This document shows positions 58,833-64,000 of a DNA stretch of 64,000 nucleotides, piece by piece. Below the pieces are notes generated by a model. It made no database searches, was not told where the DNA came from, and saw only the letters and a program-made list of their open reading frames with translations. The stretch spans positions 1 through 64,000 of IMG/VR virus record IMGVR_UViG_3300005264_000001; one strand, 5' to 3'. Every line of letters begins with the position of its first letter. Position 1 is the stretch's first letter. The translations under genes and the position numbers were made by a program. This DNA is from a virus.

Positions 58833-61277
58833 TCACTCATAAGGAATCCAAGAACACCTACATCCCCACTCATCAGTGATTAAAGGTTTTTTACCACTTA
58901 ATAAGTCATCAATTAAAAACACATGTTTGTTAAGTTTCCTGTGGGAATTCCTAACTTTTTCGTCACGCCTCGTTCTGAGCTGTGCTCGAGTTAAGCCCAA
59001 ATTTTTCCACTTTCTAAGTTTAATGATTGAACCAGCTGTTCTTGCTCCTTTCTTTATTACAACATCAAATCTATTTACAATTCCACTCTTGTAATCATAC
59101 TTTGTTCTAATCTGGTTTTTAATATCTTTAACATCAACACCACGTCCAACCATATCAGCTATATCAGACATTACCATCTGTGAAACATTGTTTTTTGTTT
59201 GTTCTACACTTTGTAGTATAACGTCTTGCATGAGTCTCTGCTTGTCTGAGATGGTCTTTTCTCCTTTCTTGATAACTTTGTCGTGAGCTTCATTATCTAC
59301 TCTAGGAATCGTTCCTACTTCGTTATTTACTATGATGTTGTGTTTAGTTAAGGCTCTCCCAACACTTCTGTTTATTCTACTACCAAATATATTAAATTTC
59401 TTCTTTAATCCAGGGAAAAATGTATCACTCAAAAATCCTTCAGTTAAACATACAGGTATTTCTGTATTTAGACTTTCTTTTATTTTCTCTTTTTTATCTA
59501 ACATAGAAATTATATCATCAATAAGAGTATTCCAATCTTTTTCAACATCATCTCCTACTCCATCTAAAAGTTTGTCCTCTTCTGATTCTTCATCATCAAA
59601 GATTTCTTGTTCATCTAAAAGATGTTTAATTAAAGCATCATAAGTTTCTTTAGCTTGACTTACACCTTCATCTACTCTTTCTACTTTATGTAATAGTAGG
59701 GATTGAAAAATTAAATAAGAATTTTCATCTTTAATTAATCTAACTACTATTCCTCCAATGTCCCTCTTACTGAGTTCTTTTGACTTGGAGGATAAACTAA
59801 AACCTGTTTTGTTATTTAGTTTATTTACTCTTTTACTAAATTCTTCATATGATTCATTACCACCTAAACTTTCTGAAAATCCTTTTAAACTTTCTGTTTC
59901 ATTAGTTTCTTTAGGAAGGTTTTTAGTATCTAATTCGATACCTTCAAACACTCCTAATTTATTATAATAATCTACAATTTGCTCTCTTGTAATTACTCCT
60001 TGATTAATTAAACTATCAACTAAACTTGTATAGTCTTGAACGTTTCCACTTAATTGAGGTGTGTCAAATACAAATGTAGCATTAAATGGTACATTTTCTT
60101 TACCAAAATCTTTTCTTAATCTAGATAAGATAATTTCATTTAGATATTTTACAAGTGCTCCTTGTCTACTTTTCAATCTTAACATAAAAGCCGGCATTGC
60201 TTGTTCACTTCCCATTGTTGTAGCACTATCTGACCAAGGTGTTAAGTGTTGTGGTAATAAACTCATAACAAGCATTCTTCTAACTAAATCAAACACTCCT
60301 TCCAATGTATCATAATTTCCACTTACTTTAATATCTTGTTCTAACATCTTTAGTGGGTAAGGTAAAATCTTAAAGGAACTTCCAGTATCAGCTAATTTGT
60401 CTTCAATATCTTCTTGAACTGGTTTACTCATTTGAAAACCTTTTCCATCTTTATCAAGTGTCATAATCTTTTGGTCAATAGCTTTATTTCTTGCGATTGT
60501 ATCCCATGCTCCTATAATAGATGAATATACATTGAATGCATCAATTCCTGAAGCTAAAATACTTCTACCATAAACATTATCACTTGAAAATCCTGTTGTT
60601 CTTAAATCCATTTCACCGTCTGAGATGTATACACCATATATTGTAAATCTCATAAATACATTATTCTTAATATATCCTACTTGTATTTGTGTTGGTGTTT
60701 TAACTTTACCAGCGAACTTAAAACTAGTTTGTCCTTGTGGTGTCATTAAAATATATTTTTTTGAACCATCTTCATCTTCTAAATTTACAAATATACGAGA
60801 CATATCATTATATGTTCCAATACCATTAAAGTATGTTTTACCATCATCTCCTTTCTTATAGAAGAATTGAACAGGTGCATTTCCAAAAATAGTGTTAGCT
60901 GTTTCCATTTGTTTAACTTCCTCAAGTAACCAACCTCTAGCATCTAACCAATCATTGATAAAATCTTCTGCCTTATCATTACCCTCAACAACAACTCTTA
61001 AATTATCATTTGAAATCAACATATCATTATACTGATTGATACCAGTTGATACAAGTGGACAAGTATTATACATTTCTAATTGTCTAATAAACTCATAATG
61101 AGGTGTTCTATCTTCTCCTTTATCTGTAACTCCTGGAGAGAATGTAAACGCACCTAAATCTGCTAGGTTTGTTATTTTAGTCTCCATGTTATTATTTTCC
61201 TTTATTGCTTCACTTATAAATACATCTCTATAAGTTAACGGTGCGGATTCTTTTATATCTTCTTTTATTGTTTCCAT
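58833..61277 (-). CDS. portal protein fused to a MuF (gp7-like) head morphogenesis domain
   Basis: IFGNA and YGRSIL portal motifs; C-terminal DEKVRNSH...WGCRC. Confidence 0.85.
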   Translation of the reverse strand: METIKEDIKESAPLTYRDVFISEAIKENNNMETKITNLADLGAFTFSPGVTDKGEDRTPHYEFIRQLEMYNTCPLVSTGINQYNDMLISNDNLRVVVEGNDKAEDFINDWLDARGWLLEEVKQMETANTIFGNAPVQFFYKKGDDGKTYFNGIGTYNDMSRIFVNLEDEDGSKKYILMTPQGQTSFKFAGKVKTPTQIQVGYIKNNVFMRFTIYGVYISDGEMDLRTTGFSSDNVYGRSILASGIDAFNVYSSIIGAWDTIARNKAIDQKIMTLDKDGKGFQMSKPVQEDIEDKLADTGSSFKILPYPLKMLEQDIKVSGNYDTLEGVFDLVRRMLVMSLLPQHLTPWSDSATTMGSEQAMPAFMLRLKSRQGALVKYLNEIILSRLRKDFGKENVPFNATFVFDTPQLSGNVQDYTSLVDSLINQGVITREQIVDYYNKLGVFEGIELDTKNLPKETNETESLKGFSESLGGNESYEEFSKRVNKLNNKTGFSLSSKSKELSKRDIGGIVVRLIKDENSYLIFQSLLLHKVERVDEGVSQAKETYDALIKHLLDEQEIFDDEESEEDKLLDGVGDDVEKDWNTLIDDIISMLDKKEKIKESLNTEIPVCLTEGFLSDTFFPGLKKKFNIFGSRINRSVGRALTKHNIIVNNEVGTIPRVDNEAHDKVIKKGEKTISDKQRLMQDVILQSVEQTKNNVSQMVMSDIADMVGRGVDVKDIKNQIRTKYDYKSGIVNRFDVVIKKGARTAGSIIKLRKWKNLGLTRAQLRTRRDEKVRNSHRKLNKHVFLIDDLLSGKKPLITDEWGCRCSWIPYE

Positions 61278-61278
61278 T

Positions 61279-61674
61279 TTATTTTATCTTGTTTTTTATA
61301 TCTTTAAGGTAGTCTGGTAACTCTCTTAATAAGAGAACTATTCCAACACAACACAAAAAGTTCCATATGTCAAAAATTCCTACTCTAAGGTTAAGTACAC
61401 CAAGTAAAGCAAGACTTAATAATAAATCATATGTTATCTTTAATAAATATATTTTAAATATTTTCTTTAATTTATCAGTTTTATCATTTTTAAAGTTTCT
61501 TAAATATAATTGAAACCAATATTTTTTATTAAAAATATATCTACTGCTTAGTTCTTTCCAAAATGCTTTCGTATTTAGAAAGGATATCTGTATCTCTTGT
61601 AAGCTGTTTTTTGAACGGAGCAACCATTTCTTTGATTCTCTTTTCAAAAGCTTCTTTAAATTTATCTTCACCAT
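61279..61674 (-). CDS. membrane protein
   Basis: Two TM segments; start uncertain. Confidence 0.5.
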   Translation of the reverse strand: MVKINLKKLLKRESKKWLLRSKNSLQEIQISFLNTKAFWKELSSRYIFNKKYWFQLYLRNFKNDKTDKLKKIFKIYLLKITYDLLLSLALLGVLNLRVGIFDIWNFLCCVGIVLLLRELPDYLKDIKNKIK

Positions 61675-62059
61675 TTTTTTCAATAACTTCAATATTTTTT
61701 TTAACAGTTTCAATCATTGCTTGAATCTCTGTTACTTCTTTAAAAAAGAATTCCTCAACTTGCTCATTAACACTTAAATTATACAAATCTTTCATTTCTT
61801 GTTCTTGTTTTTCTAGTTCAATTATTTGATTTTTGTATTCTTCTTTTTGTTGTTCAAATGCTTCAGAAGTATATTCTAATTCATAACCTTTAATACTATT
61901 TTGTAAACTCTCAATTTGTGCTTTTACAATTTTAGCATACTTCTTTAATTGTGTTCTACTTGTGAATTGTTTAAATCCATTTGTTAACTCAATGTTACCT
62001 TCTTTATCTACTTTTAATTCGTAGATGTCTTCATGTTTAATATCTCTTTCAGTTTTCAT
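61541..62059 (-). CDS. coiled-coil hypothetical protein
   Basis: E/K/Q-rich ORF. Confidence 0.65.
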   Translation of the reverse strand: MKTERDIKHEDIYELKVDKEGNIELTNGFKQFTSRTQLKKYAKIVKAQIESLQNSIKGYELEYTSEAFEQQKEEYKNQIIELEKQEQEMKDLYNLSVNEQVEEFFFKEVTEIQAMIETVKKNIEVIEKNGEDKFKEAFEKRIKEMVAPFKKQLTRDTDILSKYESILERTKQ

Positions 62060-62376
62060 TTTTCATCTGCTCCGTGATTACAAACCACTGTATAGTATCT
62101 TCCACACTCTTTACAAGTATACATACCATAATCTTTACTGTATAATGAGTTCTTCATTACAATACCATAATAAGAAACCTTATCTACAACTACAAATTCA
62201 TCAGATTCTAATACATTAATTGCATCTTTAAGTTTATTAACTTGTATATTCAACTTATCTTTAGAAGCTAATTGTATTTTAGTATTCTTTATTCTGTTGT
62301 ACTTTTCTTCGAATGAATACAACTCTTCTTTTAATTTGGAGACAGTCTTGTCCCACTCAGAAATATCTTTCTTCAT
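62056..62376 (-). CDS. hypothetical protein with C-terminal zinc ribbon
   Basis: CKEC...CNH; TATA about 21 nt upstream of the MKKD start. Confidence 0.6.
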   Translation of the reverse strand: MKKDISEWDKTVSKLKEELYSFEEKYNRIKNTKIQLASKDKLNIQVNKLKDAINVLESDEFVVVDKVSYYGIVMKNSLYSKDYGMYTCKECGRYYTVVCNHGADEK

Positions 62377-62412
62377 AAAATTAATATACACTAATCCTTT
62401 ATAAACTTTTGC

Positions 62413-62453
62413 AAAAATTTCTAGAAATCCCTCTCATAGGACGTGTTCAAACT
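62413..62453 (-). ncRNA. candidate small RNA resembling a solitary CRISPR repeat
   Basis: TATA at 62475-62482; predicted transcript GTTTGAACACGTCCTATGAGAGGGATTTCTAGAAAT followed by a T-tract. Confidence 0.35.
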
Positions 62454-62525
62454 GATAATAAGAATTAATTTGTATTTATAAAGTTATTGATTCAAGAAAA
62501 GAAAGACTTATAAATAGATTCTAAT

Positions 62526-63998
62526 TCATCTATTCTTACGAAAGAATTTTATTCTTTCTCTAATGTTTTCAGGTTTGTTGAACTCTTTAATCTTTTCAAC
62601 AGCTTGTTCTTCTGTGTCCTCTTCTTTCTTCTTGTATTTTCTAGCTATTGTAATCTCACCAGCGTGTTTTAAATCTTCAGGTAACAAAGCATACATTGTA
62701 GCCATACAACTATCTCCGTGACCGTTACTTGTTTTAAGTGGTTGAAAATCTCTTCCTGAAATTGCCTGAAAGTGTTCTAAGTGAATCATGTCCTCAATAA
62801 GATTTAATTGTGTTCCTCTATCATCTAAACCATTTAACATTAACATTGTTAAAGTGTGACCATATTCGTTTAATTTATACTTTAATCCACTATACGTTTC
62901 TATCGTATTCCCACCTTGAATTCCTCTAATGTGTTCAGTTCCATAGGTTGCTTCAAAATATTGTGTCATTTGCCTTCCTATAGGTGTTGCATCGAATGTT
63001 GCTCTCCAATTAGAGTTACAAGAATCAATGTAATCAAACATAGGTTGTAATTTAGTTTGCATCTCAGGTAATGGCATATTCTTGACATTCATTAAAAACA
63101 ATTCATCTTTAATATTTCCATAGTGGCCAATCACACTCATGGAGAAAAAGTCTGATACAGTTGCTGGGTCTAATCCGATAGTTATTTTATCGTATTTCTC
63201 AAACTCAATGTATTTAAATTGTTCCTCTTCAACAAATTCTCTTATCATTCTTTCAATCATCAATGGTGTTTTATAGAACTGGTAATCATCATCAACTTGA
63301 ATTCCCATCATCTCTTCCATGAACTTTTCAGGAGAAATACAAAAAGCTGTCCACAACATATCTTTTTTATGCCATGGTACAATAGAGATTAAATCATCTC
63401 TATCTTGAAATGGTATTTTACAATCTCCACTTCTATATTCTTCAAATAAATCACGTCTAAATACAGGCCAATCGAATATCTTAAAACCTTTATTACCTTT
63501 CTTTATGTTGTCTCTAATCTTACCTAACCAAGAAGCAAATACAGTATTACCTTTTAGTGTAGTACCAATTTCAAATTGTTTATAATCTCTTCCTTTAGAA
63601 TCTGCTCCTTTATACGCTTTATCTAATGCTTCGAATAAATCCTCAAATGTTCTCATGAAGTTTGCCTCATCTAACATTCCCATATTACCTTGGATTCTCA
63701 ATCCTCTCACATTCTCAGCTGCTGATGCTCCAGCAGGATATGCTTCCCAAATTACACCATTAGGAAATATAATTTTTGACTCAGCTTTCATATCACATTC
63801 AGCTGGATTAAACGGATAATATTCTAGTTTCTCGAATCTCTCAACTAAACCCTTATTCTCTAAACTTGTAATATCTCCTTCAAAATTATCTAAAGAACAT
63901 TCTTTACCTGTTACTAAATCTCTTACATAGATTTCTTTTTCTATAATTGGATTCATGTGTTTAATAATATCTTTAGCCTGTTTTAATAACTTATTTGC
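62526..63998 (-). CDS. terL: terminase large subunit (5' truncated by window edge)
   Basis: VRG...LDEANF Walker B, FMEEM, IGLDPA, HGDSCMA; frame open to the window end. Confidence 0.9.
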   Translation of the reverse strand, partial: ANKLLKQAKDIIKHMNPIIEKEIYVRDLVTGKECSLDNFEGDITSLENKGLVERFEKLEYYPFNPAECDMKAESKIIFPNGVIWEAYPAGASAAENVRGLRIQGNMGMLDEANFMRTFEDLFEALDKAYKGADSKGRDYKQFEIGTTLKGNTVFASWLGKIRDNIKKGNKGFKIFDWPVFRRDLFEEYRSGDCKIPFQDRDDLISIVPWHKKDMLWTAFCISPEKFMEEMMGIQVDDDYQFYKTPLMIERMIREFVEEEQFKYIEFEKYDKITIGLDPATVSDFFSMSVIGHYGNIKDELFLMNVKNMPLPEMQTKLQPMFDYIDSCNSNWRATFDATPIGRQMTQYFEATYGTEHIRGIQGGNTIETYSGLKYKLNEYGHTLTMLMLNGLDDRGTQLNLIEDMIHLEHFQAISGRDFQPLKTSNGHGDSCMATMYALLPEDLKHAGEITIARKYKKKEEDTEEQAVEKIKEFNKPENIRERIKFFRKNR

Positions 63999-64000
63999 TC

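Noticed and set aside
1-64000. Stop-codon reassignment, tRNA genes, integrase
   Set aside because: Core genes are intact in the standard code, and no tRNA cloverleaf or recombinase motifs were noticed. This was not a computational scan.

Overview
AT-rich 64 kb segment of a tailed (myovirus-type, Caudoviricetes) virus, most likely archaeal. The + strand from 1 to ~26.2 kb carries a replication, recombination and DNA-modification block: ATP-dependent ligase, MCM-like ATPase, SNF2 helicase, PAPS-reductase-like enzyme, putative SSB, Sak4/RecA-like ATPase, PCNA, RFC, C5 and amino-methyltransferases, family A DNA polymerase, DHH phosphoesterase, Cas4-like nuclease, fused PriS-PriL-like primase and an Hjc-like resolvase. 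The - strand from ~26.3 to 64 kb carries the virion block: terminase, portal-MuF fusion, protease, scaffold, capsid, LamG adhesin, neck, sheath, tube, frameshifted chaperone, tape measure, baseplate and fibres. Small cassettes with their own promoters interrupt this block. An archaeal host is indicated by TATA boxes 21-22 nt upstream of leaderless ATGs, the lack of Shine-Dalgarno motifs and the archaeal replication proteins; the fused primase hints at DPANN. Main findings: (1) a PIP-like (Q)xTLF motif in PolA, the clamp loader, the nuclease and the C5 methylase, also hidden in the -1 frame of the PAPS-reductase-like gene, suggesting clamp-coupled DNA modification; (2) a split CapRel-like toxSAS/antitoxin pair in the head module; (3) promoter-driven small non-coding RNAs, one resembling a solitary CRISPR repeat; (4) leaderless mini-ORF hairpins and duplicated promoter cassettes. 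All calls come from reading motifs by eye; no searches were run.
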